The translations under genes were made by a program, and so were the position numbers. The notes under the pieces were generated by a model. That model worked only from the letters and a program-made list of their open reading frames with translations, was not told the origin of the DNA and ran no database searches. From contig NW_018406415.1 of the NCBI RefSeq assembly GCF_002113885.1, positions 1,069,735-1,133,734 on the forward strand: a stretch of DNA of 64,000 nucleotides, in the 5' to 3' direction. Positions within the stretch are counted from its first letter, which is position 1, and each line of letters begins with the position of its first letter. The DNA comes from Mizuhopecten yessoensis. Lineage: Eukaryota. This document shows, piece by piece, positions 63,127 through 64,000 of the stretch.

Positions 63127-64000
63127 TGTGAATGCGAAGCAAAATTATTGTTATTTTGGAGATTTTGAATATATTTTTTTTCATTTGTAGGTTTAAGATT
63201 TATAAGTCTATAAAGCTACCAAACCTTGGAGTAAATGTGCTGTTGGGTCATGTTGTGCATTATATATGTTGTATCTGTTTACATGACCGTCAATCGTTTG
63301 TCAAGGAAAACCTCCAATTCTCCCTTTTCAGCTTTGCATAGAACAAGTTAATGCCCACTGAGCGTTAGTGAGAAAATAGGAAATTGAATGTGCTGACTTA
63401 AGCACCATGTAAATGGAAAGTTCAGGTTTGTATTCTCTGTAGGGCTAACTCGGAAATGGAAATGCATGATCTCAGTCTCAGAAAGGTTGATGGGTTAATA
63501 TACCCAGCACCGACTTCCTACAAACTTATCTGCCTTTTATGGTTGTTTTATCGACCAGGTGTCCCGAGTGTGATGGACAAAGCTTTGACCGTCTGCTGCA
63601 GACTTGGTAGATATGAATACCAGACCTGCAATGTATCAAATATCAACATTTTCTAAGAATTTTGGCATGATGGTTGGAACTGCAGTGAAGTTTGTAGAGG
63701 TCAAATGTCAAAGACAAGACAAAATGGTATTGATTCTTTCAAGATTAACGTGATGCATAGCCCTTGGAACCGGAAAAAATATCAGGGGTCTAATACTCAA
63801 ACACTGCAATGAATAGCTTTCTAGCATGTTTCATGCAAGCTTTAAGCTTTCTCGATTTGTCTCTACTGAAATTACAACAATTACAGTAAAACTGTAGTGC
63901 AGCGACAACTTCTTATTTCTGCACTTGGTCATTATCTACGCTCAGCCAATTAACTAAACTTCCTTACGAGAATGGCTGGATAGTGAAAAAGCTGGATTAC

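Overview
AT-rich eukaryotic genomic DNA. The repeat repertoire (HINE/Helentron-type elements with satellite cores, tRNA-derived SINEs, RTE-X/CR1/HERO-type LINEs) points to a mollusc, most likely a bivalve; this is inference. The first ~28.3 kb holds a direct duplication (unit A ~5.92-21.05 kb, unit B ~21.13-28.29 kb). Each unit carries an intact single-exon 396-aa GT31 glycosyltransferase of the brainiac/BRE-5 type, and each has its own set of transposon insertions. A single N, probably a collapsed assembly gap, sits exactly at the junction. At ~28.3 kb a CpG-rich promoter-like segment ends in a strong splice donor. The rest of the window is CpG-poor and looks like long intron(s) of a gene I cannot identify. 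It contains five minisatellite arrays (including a 3.5-kb, 45-bp array with higher-order structure whose monomer reads like a CCAAT/Forkhead/GC-box cassette), about eight ~90-bp hairpin MITEs and several SINEs. No prokaryotic systems, CRISPR, rRNA or bona fide tRNA are evident. I found no unambiguous novel system. The best leads are the motif-bearing intronic arrays, the diverging brainiac-like pair and the hairpin MITE family.
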